Shown here one piece after another: positions 9,038 through 17,213 of a stretch of 20,000 nt of DNA (its first letter is position 1; each line of letters begins with the position of its first letter). Location: the IMG/VR virus record IMGVR_UViG_3300008108_000027, one strand, 5' to 3'. A program made the translations under genes and the position numbers. The DNA is from an uncultured virus (IMG/VR IMGVR_UViG_3300008108_000027) (Duplodnaviria > Heunggongvirae > Uroviricota > Caudoviricetes). The notes under the pieces were generated by a model. It searched no databases. It was not told where the DNA came from and saw nothing but the letters and a program-made list of their open reading frames with translations.

Positions 9038-10219
9038 TTATTCAATAAATTGAAGATAAAATCCCTCACCGATTGAAATATATTCATTATTATCTGTTAT
9101 TATTGGATCTACTAGAACTTCATCTAATGGTGGACACTGACAATCACCAACATAAGTTATAGTGTAACTTGGGAATAAATCTAAATAAAAAGTTCCACCT
9201 GATATACAACTATTATCAAAAGGTGTATATTCTGTAACACCAGAATTTATGAGATCATTTTTTTGTTGTCCTGTACAACAATCAGTCCAAAATACATATG
9301 TAGAATCTGTAGTTACATCAAATTGAACTGATGTATAACAACCTGAAATCGGTGACAGACACGTACCTGATGTAACTATTGGTAAAGGATTTTGTCCCGG
9401 ACCAGTTAATTCCCACGTAGTAACTAAATCAGGTGTTGCAACATTGTCGCTACTAAAATAATAACTAGTTCCTATATTTTTTATAAACCAAAATCCTCCA
9501 AATCCTGGCTCCCAAACTATAAAATTATTTTCATTTGAATATGAATTTTTACCATCTACAATTCCCACAAATGTGTATGTACCATTAACAATAGATGATC
9601 CCGCATCGGACACACAAATTGGTCCAAATGGATCAATTGTAGGCGTTGGCGTTGGTGTTGGTGTATCTGTTGGTGTTGGTGTAGGTGTATCTGTTGGCGT
9701 TGGTGTTGGGGCATTAATTAAAAAGATTTCTGCAATAGAACCAAGAGGTGCCCCCGATAAAATCGGTTGACCAAATAAAACTTCACCGGTCAAATTACTA
9801 TATTCTTCATTTATTGTGACAATTGTTTGTCCTGTTAAGTTTGAGTGATTTATTGTAACACCAGTAGAAATAGTCACCGAACCACCTGAAAATAAACTTA
9901 AAAACATTTCAAAATATAAAGTAACGTTACCACTAACTCTACGATTAGAAATTAAGTTAAATTTACCAATTATTGAACCGGGTAAAATTTCTGTTTCTAA
10001 ACTTAATTCTAATGGTGTTGGATCGGGTACCAATAAAGAATATGTGTGATCATATTCCCCAAAGTACAAATCATATATACCATATGGGTTTGTGTCATAA
10101 TAATTAAATGGAACTGTTTTGACACCCAAATTAAACGATCCACCGGAAGTTGGATTAAAAGTAACATTTGTTGTTTTACCACTCAAATTATTACTTAATA
10201 TTCTTGCACCTATTGCCAT
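9038..10219 (-). CDS. Modular virion-associated protein (Ig-like domain, PT linker, Cys module, acidic C-terminal motif), 393 aa
   Basis: Shares domains with 10275-11741 and 13708-17160; PT linker at aa 171-194. Confidence 0.65.
   Translation of the reverse strand: MAIGARILSNNLSGKTTNVTFNPTSGGSFNLGVKTVPFNYYDTNPYGIYDLYFGEYDHTYSLLVPDPTPLELSLETEILPGSIIGKFNLISNRRVSGNVTLYFEMFLSLFSGGSVTISTGVTINHSNLTGQTIVTINEEYSNLTGEVLFGQPILSGAPLGSIAEIFLINAPTPTPTDTPTPTPTDTPTPTPTPTIDPFGPICVSDAGSSIVNGTYTFVGIVDGKNSYSNENNFIVWEPGFGGFWFIKNIGTSYYFSSDNVATPDLVTTWELTGPGQNPLPIVTSGTCLSPISGCYTSVQFDVTTDSTYVFWTDCCTGQQKNDLINSGVTEYTPFDNSCISGGTFYLDLFPSYTITYVGDCQCPPLDEVLVDPIITDNNEYISIGEGFYLQFIE
9638..9709 (-). repeat. Pro-Thr linker repeat (PTPTPTDT)
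   Basis: Direct translation. Confidence 0.9.
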
Positions 10220-10233
10220 TTTTTATTTTATTT

Positions 10234-10242
10234 ATAAATATC
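10234..10242 (-). promoter_or_regulatory. Putative phage late promoter GATATTTAT
   Basis: 14 nt upstream of ATG 10219. Confidence 0.65.
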
Positions 10243-10274
10243 TTTAATTTACTATTTATTTTTTCATATTAAAT

Positions 10275-11741
10275 TTATTCCAAAATTTCGTGATTCAGAT
10301 CACCGGTTGGTATTATCAAATAAGACAATTCTCCGTTAGGTATAATTGTATATATTGTATCGTTATTTGGGATTATTAAGTGTGTTAAGTTATTAGGTAT
10401 TATTAAATAAGACAAATCCCCGTTAGGTAATATATTATAATTTATATCGTTATTTGGAATTATTAGATATGTTAAATCATTTTTTGGTGCAAATATAAAT
10501 TCATAATTTATTGTATATTGAGCATTAATTGTATTTGGAACAACATTTAATTGATCATAAGATGCTGTGGCATTTAATAAATTGTAATCATCATTCAAAT
10601 TAACAATCGTACTTCCACTAGTACCATTTTGCTCTATTGATACTGAATTTGTTATTGTTATTGGTGATCCCGATATCACACCAAGATTATTAACAAAATT
10701 TAATGTTATAGATTCAAATAATGGTTTATCTGACGTTAATATATATTTTGATTTAATAGATCCTGGAGTGAAAATTGCCTTAAGATTTAAATTAAAATTC
10801 GTACCTGAACCAATTAAATTATCATCACATTTAACACCACAAATTTCAAAATCAAACTCATTCAGTCTGGTCATAAAATTATGATAAACCTGAACAAAAT
10901 TTAACGGTTCTTCATAATATTTTATTGTTTTTATATTAAATTCAGAAACACCTTCGTGAATACCCATCATTAATGGTGTACCACCTCCCCATGATTGTAT
11001 GAATGGTTGAACACCTCTATTTGAAGGTATTACCTCTTCAAAATCTTTTATTTTTGCAATAGGTCTACCATTTAAATATATTTTTAAAATACCCAATCTG
11101 TTTTTTCTTTCATTCGCCCATTTTCTGTTTAAAACTTCAGGATACGAATAATCGGGAGTGGCCCCCGTCATAACATCAAGAGGATTGTTATTTAATGTTC
11201 TACCGGTAATTAAATCATTCCAACCACCATCATTTTCTAAATTACAATCTGTTAATCTTTTATATCGGTCAAATGTTATTGTAATATTAAAATCTTTATT
11301 TAGATCTGTAACACATAATGGGTCCGTTTGACCATTTGTAACATAATAAGATTCGGTATACCCACTATTTGTTTGACATATACCCAAATAACGAATTGCA
11401 GACCATTTTATTCTACCATCATTTGTAAAACCAAAAGATAGGTTATTGTCTGCATAATTTTTAATGTTGTCATCACCCCTAACACCAATATAATAAAAAA
11501 TACTACCTTGTGACCAATTTAAACCCTCTCTATTGAATACAAAGTCAAGGGTCCATCCTTTTTCTGGTCTTCTTTTTATTATACCATCACAATTATCGGG
11601 ACCGGCACCACTATCAATTTTAAACGCCCAAGGTTTTACACCCGTTTTTGGGGCTTGTGAACAACAATTATCAGGATCAGATAATTTTTCCACACAATCA
11701 ATAATAGAAACCGAAAATCCCGAAATATTTAATATTGACAT
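10275..11741 (-). CDS. Concanavalin A/LamG-like domain protein with Ig-like domain and C-terminal 10-aa repeats, 488 aa
   Basis: LamG-like pattern WTLDFVF...IFYYIG...NITITFD...LKIYLNG...IKYYEEPL...V..NF, then the shared PGSI domain, then YLIIPNxD repeats. Confidence 0.6.
   Translation of the reverse strand: MSILNISGFSVSIIDCVEKLSDPDNCCSQAPKTGVKPWAFKIDSGAGPDNCDGIIKRRPEKGWTLDFVFNREGLNWSQGSIFYYIGVRGDDNIKNYADNNLSFGFTNDGRIKWSAIRYLGICQTNSGYTESYYVTNGQTDPLCVTDLNKDFNITITFDRYKRLTDCNLENDGGWNDLITGRTLNNNPLDVMTGATPDYSYPEVLNRKWANERKNRLGILKIYLNGRPIAKIKDFEEVIPSNRGVQPFIQSWGGGTPLMMGIHEGVSEFNIKTIKYYEEPLNFVQVYHNFMTRLNEFDFEICGVKCDDNLIGSGTNFNLNLKAIFTPGSIKSKYILTSDKPLFESITLNFVNNLGVISGSPITITNSVSIEQNGTSGSTIVNLNDDYNLLNATASYDQLNVVPNTINAQYTINYEFIFAPKNDLTYLIIPNNDINYNILPNGDLSYLIIPNNLTHLIIPNNDTIYTIIPNGELSYLIIPTGDLNHEILE
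10278..10487 (-). repeat. About 7 copies of a 10-aa (30-nt) repeat PN(N/G)DL(S/T)YLII
   Basis: PKNDLTYLII PNNDINYNIL PNGDLSYLII PNN-LTHLII PNNDTIYTII PNGELSYLII PTGDLNHEIL. Confidence 0.9.
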
Positions 11742-11753
11742 TACATTTTTTAT

Positions 11754-11762
11754 ATAAATATC
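11754..11762 (-). promoter_or_regulatory. Putative phage late promoter GATATTTAT
   Basis: 12 nt upstream of ATG 11741 and downstream of a terminator. Confidence 0.65.
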
Positions 11763-11785
11763 AATGAAATAAAAGATTTGATAAT

Positions 11786-11816
11786 AAAAAACCCCACATA
11801 ATACATGTGGGGTTTT
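11786..11816 (-). terminator. Intrinsic terminator after the 11839-12429 gene
   Basis: AAAACCCCACAT-aatac-ATGTGGGGTTTT hairpin (11788-11816) flanked by A and T runs. Probably bidirectional. Confidence 0.85.
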
Positions 11817-11838
11817 ATTTTTGATTTTTAATCAAATC

Positions 11839-12429
11839 TTATACTGCTAATTTTTTAACATATATTGTTGTTGGGGCACCGTTACTATTTGACGGGAATG
11901 GTGCATTTATTGATGGATTTATTGAAACTGTATAATATGTTGGTGAAGTAATGTTAACAATTGTATGACCATATATTATTTGATCGTCCGAAGTCTCTGT
12001 ACTTGAATAATCTGAAATCATATTACCTACAGTCATTGCACCGTTAGATGTTGTTGAACTATTTAATCTAACACTAACGTCGATACTATTGAATAAGTCA
12101 AAAATATGTACACTTGAAGTTATTTCATAAAATCCAGGTTCTTTAAAAAATATTCTAGCACCTGTATTACCTGCTTGTGTTGAGTTAACTAATTCAAAAA
12201 TATCGGTATTACTATTAAGAATGGTAGTGTCCCATCTAGGATAGTTTTCAACACCATTTGTTAAGTTAGCATAGTTTGTTGTCCAAGAAAAAGATGCAAC
12301 TGCGGAATCTAAAAAAACAGATCTGGTTACTTTAAATGTTTCTGTTTCACCACTATTATTCATCACCACGTATGAACCAGTGGTGTCCCCTGTAAATAAG
12401 GGTAATTGACTTATTTTAACGTTAGCCAT
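11839..12429 (-). CDS. Short fibre-like protein: N-terminal KISQLP adaptor plus C1q/BclA-CTD-like jelly-roll head, 196 aa
   Basis: Starts MANVKISQLP. The pattern P.WDT...N ... IFFKEPGFYEITSSV ... G.TIVNIT is typical of C1q/TNF-like domains. Confidence 0.55.
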   Translation of the reverse strand: MANVKISQLPLFTGDTTGSYVVMNNSGETETFKVTRSVFLDSAVASFSWTTNYANLTNGVENYPRWDTTILNSNTDIFELVNSTQAGNTGARIFFKEPGFYEITSSVHIFDLFNSIDVSVRLNSSTTSNGAMTVGNMISDYSSTETSDDQIIYGHTIVNITSPTYYTVSINPSINAPFPSNSNGAPTTIYVKKLAV

Positions 12430-12442
12430 ATTCTTTTTTTAT

Positions 12443-12451
12443 ATAAATATC
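12443..12451 (-). promoter_or_regulatory. Putative phage late promoter GATATTTAT
   Basis: 13 nt upstream of ATG 12429. Confidence 0.65.
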
Positions 12452-12477
12452 ATAGATTTATGTTTTTTCAATTTTTT

Positions 12478-13704
12478 TTAATACAAACCTACTTGATAAA
12501 ATGTTTTACCTGATAAAATTAATTTTTCGGTAGAACTTCTACCTAAAACAATATGTGTTTCGGTAATACCTGTATTTGAATAATTAACAGTTTGTCCTGT
12601 CCAAGGAGAAATATTTATGGCGTCTACAACATCATCTATTCTATTGGCGTATCCAAAATATGTAACACCACCAATTAGTCCACCAGCAAATACCAACCCA
12701 ACAATTTTTCTTGTTCCTGAAATATCAGCAACAAGAGCGGATCCCGAATCACCACCATTTATTGGATATGAACATATACTACCATTCGGTGTTGTAGTTG
12801 CACTCGCAATAAATTGTATACATCTACCAAATTGAACCACAGTGTCGTTCCCCTGCTTAGTATATGCAATATTAATTGTTACAGGATATGAATTTGTTAA
12901 AAGTTTCATTTCACCTTCACCTTTAGATCCGGTCGTTCTACCCGCACTAAATAAATTGTTTTTATTTGTTAATAATCCGTCAATTTCAGAAGAAGTTGCA
13001 AATTCGAGTGGTTGCGTCCATCCGGTAACACCTTCCATTAAATAAGAAGTACTTATGTTAATATCTGAAGAATTAATGGTTGTTAATGCAACATCTGCAT
13101 AGTTTATTGAACCACTTGAAATTGGTTTATATTTTTTTACTTTACCAATTGCATTATTTAAACTTGAATTACCCGATTCATTTGGTTGTGTAACAAAATC
13201 ATTAAGTATTGATGTTTTTATTCCACCTAAACTTCTATCTGAATTTAAAAATGCATCGTAAACTAAAACATGATTATTTGATACACCCACCAATGAATTT
13301 GTCTCGTTGTCAACAGCCAAAAACCCCATCGTCCCAACAAACCCACTTAAATCACTAAAATTTGTTACAGATATACCACATTTTAAAGGTCTTATTTTAT
13401 TTCTATTGGATGGAGGTGTTGTTTGCCAATTATAAAAATCAGAAGGACATGTTAATGGTTTTATTTCCAATTCTACCACATCTGTTTTAAATGTCTCACC
13501 AGAATATGTTATGGTATTTGGGATTAAATCTTTTTCATCCACTTGTTCTATCGGTAATTTTTTCGACACACTGAAAATCAATGATTTTTCTGTTGTTAAT
13601 AAACCATTTTTTGTTTTATATCCATATCCAACACCAATAACATTATCTGAAGTCTCTTGTTGATATTTTATTGTCAATTCATCCAATAATTTCATGTCTT
13701 CCAT
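12478..13704 (-). CDS. Trypsin-fold (PA clan) serine protease, Nal1-like, 408 aa
   Basis: Catalytic triad H145 (SNNHVL), D204 (ADVAL), S320 (GGDSGS), plus GTMG, GRTTG and VGLVFAG motifs. The N-terminal NVIGVGYGYK...V.KKLP...LIP...TDVVE domain is characteristic of Nal1-like proteases. Confidence 0.9.
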   Translation of the reverse strand: MEDMKLLDELTIKYQQETSDNVIGVGYGYKTKNGLLTTEKSLIFSVSKKLPIEQVDEKDLIPNTITYSGETFKTDVVELEIKPLTCPSDFYNWQTTPPSNRNKIRPLKCGISVTNFSDLSGFVGTMGFLAVDNETNSLVGVSNNHVLVYDAFLNSDRSLGGIKTSILNDFVTQPNESGNSSLNNAIGKVKKYKPISSGSINYADVALTTINSSDINISTSYLMEGVTGWTQPLEFATSSEIDGLLTNKNNLFSAGRTTGSKGEGEMKLLTNSYPVTINIAYTKQGNDTVVQFGRCIQFIASATTTPNGSICSYPINGGDSGSALVADISGTRKIVGLVFAGGLIGGVTYFGYANRIDDVVDAINISPWTGQTVNYSNTGITETHIVLGRSSTEKLILSGKTFYQVGLY

Positions 13705-13707
13705 ATG

Positions 13708-16700
13708 TTATAAATTTGGTATAAAGATAAATAATGTGTTGACTGTTGAATCAATTATTAAAAAATCAGAATTTTCTGTTAATATATTATCCGAACCTTC
13801 CGTTGATAAATAATCTTCAGGGACACTTGTCGATGTTGGCGTTGGTGTAGGTGTTGGAGTTGGCGTCTCAGTTGGTGTAGGTGTACTAGTTTCAGTTGGT
13901 GTAGGTGTACTAGTTTCTGTTGGTGTAGGTGTACTAGTTTCTGTTGGCGTTTCTGTTGGTGTAGGTGTACTAGTTTCTGTTGGTGTAGGTGTACTAGTTT
14001 CTGTTGGCGTTTCTGTTGGTGTAGGTGTACTAGTTTCTGTTGGCGTTTCTGTTGGTGTAGGTGTACTAGTTTCTGTTGGTGTTGGCGTCTCCGTAGGAGT
14101 TGGCGTTTCTGTTGGCGTAGGTGTACTAGTTTCAGTTGGTGTTGGCGTACTAGTCTCCGTAGGAGTTGGTGTCTCGGTTGGCGTAGGTGTACTAGTTTCT
14201 GTTGGTGTTGGCGTTTCTGTTGGTGTCTCGGTTGGCGTTGGTGTACTAGTTTCAGTTGGTGTTGGTGACGGTGTTGGGTCAGGACACTCATCCTGTTCTA
14301 ATGAAATATAATCACTATTCTCAGTTAATACATAAAACCCATCTTCTTTTGTTAATAATTTTTCACAAGTTTCTATTGGTGTTGGTGTTGGCGTTTCAGT
14401 TGGTGTTGGCGTACTAGTCTCCGTAGGAGTTGGTGTCTCGGTTGGTGTTGGTGTTTCTGTTGCAGTTGGCGTAGGTGTTTCTGTTGCGGTTGGTGTAGGT
14501 GTACTAGTTTCTGTTGGTGTTGGCGTTGGTGTACTAGTTTCAGTTGGCGTTGGTGTACTAGTTTCTGTTGGTGTAGGTGTACTAGTTTCTGTTGGTGTTG
14601 GCGTTGGTGTACTAGTTTCTGTTGGTGTTGGCGTTGGTGTACTAGTTTCTGTTGGTGTTGGCGTCTCCGTAGGAGTTGGCGTTTCAGTTGGCGTTGGTGT
14701 ACTAGTTTCTGTTGGTGTTGGCGTCTCCGTAGGAGTTGGCGTTTCAGTTGGTGTTGGCGTACTAGTCTCCGTAGGAGTTGGTGTCTCGGTTGGCGTTGGC
14801 GTAATAGTTTCAGTTGGTGTTGGGGACGGTGTTGGGGTCGGTGTTGCTGTAGGTGTAGGAGTAGGTATTGTCACATACACATAGTTAGTTGAAATTGTGA
14901 AACCACTTAAAGTTCCTCCTGTTGTATTAACAGTAATATTTTCAAATTGAGATTCTAGTGTTAGTTCATTATAATTACCATTTGTTACGATTTGTGTCGT
15001 TCCACTTGTTGTACCACTTGATAATAATAATGTAACATTATTAATTATCGGACTTCCAGTTGTGGTATATAATACCTCATCAAAATTTAAAGAAATGTCA
15101 AAATCATATTGTTGAAATATATATGTATTATAATTACTGATTATTGAACCTTCAGTATGTTCAGATTCAATAATTATTGTACCACAATTTCCATCTTCAA
15201 ATATTATATAATCACCATTTTCAGTTGTTATTAAATTACCATTTTCACCTTCAACTATTATTTCACATAATGGTAATGTAGGTGTTGGTGTTGGAGTTGG
15301 TGTTTCTGTTGGAGTTGGAGTCTCAGTTGGTGTAGGCGTTGGCGTACTAGTTTCAGTTGGTGTAGGCGTTGGCGTACTAGTTTCAGTTGGTGTAGGCGTT
15401 GGTGTTTCTGTTGCAGTTGGCGTTGGCGTACTAGTTTCAGTTGGTGTAGGCGTTGGTGTTTCTGTTGCAGTTGGCGTTGGGGTTGATGTTGCGGTTGGTG
15501 TAGGCGTTGGAATAGGTCCGGGTTCCGCACCAAAAATACCCCATAAAAGATTTGTTCTAAATTCTATACCAGTAAATGTTAATGTTATTTGACTATGTGT
15601 ACCTGGGAATCTTATAACACCATATCCTTCATTTGATGATATTTTTTTATTTATTGGATCAACTATTAGTCCATTAAAACATGTCGGATAACATGGATCA
15701 AAATTAACAAAATCAACATCGGTAAAGAATGTTTGAGTTTGTGTCGGCGAACCTAAAGACCAAACACCTAATAATGCGTCTGTTATTTGAGGATTAAATG
15801 TAAAGGTTAATTGATTTGGACCCTCAACTAAATAGGTTATACCAGTACTCGGTTGTGTAACATCAGTACATGTTAAACAATCTGTAAATTGTGCACTTTC
15901 TTTACTTACAATTCCCGATCCACTATAACTCACTGAAACATCATGAGATTGTGTTGTTGTTATAATTTGACCTTCAGTAACACCTGTATTTATAAAATAT
16001 TCCCAAACAATATTTTGAATACTTGGTGTTGGTGGAAGTGTAGGTGTTGGAGGAGTACAATCGTTTATCTCGGTATATATTATACTACCATCTTCTGTTG
16101 TTATAATGATATCATTTTCACCTGACACAACACCAATACAAGTACCTATATTAGTGGTTATACCACCTTCATCATCAATAACACTTGATGCACAGAAATA
16201 AACCTGACTATTACCCGAAACTTCAATTGTGATAGGTGAAGAAGTTAAACAATCCAAATATGTTACAAAACTTGAACTTGGGAAAGTGTTATTTGCTAAA
16301 TAACAATAACAATTAAGTATAGTAGGTGTTGGCGTTGGTGTAGGTGTACTAGTTTCTGTTGGTGTAGGTGTACTAGTTTCTGTTGGTGTAGGTGTACTAG
16401 TTTCAGTTGGTGTTGGTGTACTAGTTTCTGTTGGTGTAGGTGTACTAGTTTCAGTTGGCGTTGGTGTACTAGTTTCAGTTGGTGTAGGTGTACTAGTTTC
16501 TGTTGGTGTTGGTGTACTAGTTTCAGTTGGCGTTGGGGTTGATGTTGCGGTTGGAGTACTAGTTGCAGTTGGAGTACTAGTTGCAGTTGGAGTACTAGTT
16601 GCAGTTGGAGTACTAGTTGCAGTTGGAGTACTAGTTGCAGTTGGTGTTGGAGTACTAGTTGCAGTTGGTGTTGGAGTACTAGTTGCTGTTGGAGTACTAG

Positions 16701-17160
16701 TTGCGGTTGGGGTTGGTGTAATTGTGGGTGTTGGGGTTAATGTCGGGCTAGGTGTTGGTGTCGGAATGGCAATACTTAAATAATGAGTTTCTCCCGATAT
16801 TCCAACATATGTATATATATGATTACTTAGTATTATATGAGAATAGATATATTCAGGAACATTAAAATGTGTTACAAATTCATTGTAGTTAAATGTTACA
16901 GATAAACCGGAATATATATAATTAGGATTATTTATCGTATTATCTATCTCAACAAGTGTTATTGTTAAGGTATTACTACTAAAATTTTCTAAACTATCGT
17001 CTATTTTTAATGAATTATAAAAAATTGGACCACTAAAATCAAGTACCTCTTTATTGTAATCATTACCTATTTTTGATAATTCATAATCGTAATATTCTGA
17101 GCTATCCAATTTAACATCTAATCTAGACCCAAAAAACTTTAAAATGTTCTGATTATTCAT
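13708..17160 (-). CDS. Large Pro/Thr-repeat (mucin-like) modular scaffold protein, 1150 aa
   Basis: Four PT(E/A)TS blocks separate small globular or Cys-containing modules and acidic TE(N/D)G motifs. No signal peptide or transmembrane segment is visible. Confidence 0.85.
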   Translation of the reverse strand: MNNQNILKFFGSRLDVKLDSSEYYDYELSKIGNDYNKEVLDFSGPIFYNSLKIDDSLENFSSNTLTITLVEIDNTINNPNYIYSGLSVTFNYNEFVTHFNVPEYIYSHIILSNHIYTYVGISGETHYLSIAIPTPTPSPTLTPTPTITPTPTATSTPTATSTPTPTATSTPTPTATSTPTATSTPTATSTPTATSTPTATSTPTATSTPTPTETSTPTPTETSTPTPTETSTPTPTETSTPTPTETSTPTPTETSTPTPTETSTPTPTETSTPTPTPTPTILNCYCYLANNTFPSSSFVTYLDCLTSSPITIEVSGNSQVYFCASSVIDDEGGITTNIGTCIGVVSGENDIIITTEDGSIIYTEINDCTPPTPTLPPTPSIQNIVWEYFINTGVTEGQIITTTQSHDVSVSYSGSGIVSKESAQFTDCLTCTDVTQPSTGITYLVEGPNQLTFTFNPQITDALLGVWSLGSPTQTQTFFTDVDFVNFDPCYPTCFNGLIVDPINKKISSNEGYGVIRFPGTHSQITLTFTGIEFRTNLLWGIFGAEPGPIPTPTPTATSTPTPTATETPTPTPTETSTPTPTATETPTPTPTETSTPTPTPTETSTPTPTPTETPTPTETPTPTPTPTLPLCEIIVEGENGNLITTENGDYIIFEDGNCGTIIIESEHTEGSIISNYNTYIFQQYDFDISLNFDEVLYTTTGSPIINNVTLLLSSGTTSGTTQIVTNGNYNELTLESQFENITVNTTGGTLSGFTISTNYVYVTIPTPTPTATPTPTPSPTPTETITPTPTETPTPTETSTPTPTETPTPTETPTPTETSTPTPTETPTPTETPTPTETSTPTPTPTETSTPTPTPTETSTPTPTETSTPTPTETSTPTPTPTETSTPTPTATETPTPTATETPTPTETPTPTETSTPTPTETPTPTPIETCEKLLTKEDGFYVLTENSDYISLEQDECPDPTPSPTPTETSTPTPTETPTETPTPTETSTPTPTETPTPTETSTPTPTETSTPTPTETPTPTETPTPTETSTPTPTETPTETSTPTPTETPTETSTPTPTETSTPTPTETPTETSTPTPTETSTPTPTETSTPTPTETPTPTPTPTPTSTSVPEDYLSTEGSDNILTENSDFLIIDSTVNTLFIFIPNL
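13834..14283 (-). repeat. PT block 4 (PTPTETST / PTET units)
   Basis: Degenerate 12-30-nt tandem repeats. Confidence 0.95.
14377..14865 (-). repeat. PT block 3
   Basis: Degenerate tandem repeats encoding PTPTET(ST). Confidence 0.95.
15277..15510 (-). repeat. PT block 2
   Basis: Mostly 30-nt units encoding [10 protein letters not shown] / PTPTATET. Confidence 0.95.
16321..16764 (-). repeat. PT block 1
   Basis: 18-nt PTATST units followed by 24-nt PTPTETST units. Confidence 0.95.
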
Positions 17161-17166
17161 ATTTTA

Positions 17167-17197
17167 ATAAATATCTTTCGAAACGTTTGATATTTAT
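17167..17197. promoter_or_regulatory. Divergent back-to-back GATATTTAT promoter pair
   Basis: ATAAATATC (17167-17175, minus-strand copy) and GATATTTAT (17189-17197, plus-strand copy) are 13 bp apart, and each points at its adjacent gene. Confidence 0.7.
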
Positions 17198-17213
17198 ATA
17201 AAAAACTGTATTG

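Noticed and set aside
13779..15533. Gln/His/Leu-rich minus-strand ORFs 13779-14291 and 15258-15533
   Set aside because: Alternative-frame readings of the PT repeats, which lack stops because of their low complexity.
13834..16764. Dozens of ACTAGT palindromes and GT-rich tandem repeats as possible iterons, telomere-like repeats or CRISPR
   Set aside because: Fully explained by Thr-Ser (ACT AGT) and Pro-Thr codons within one open frame.
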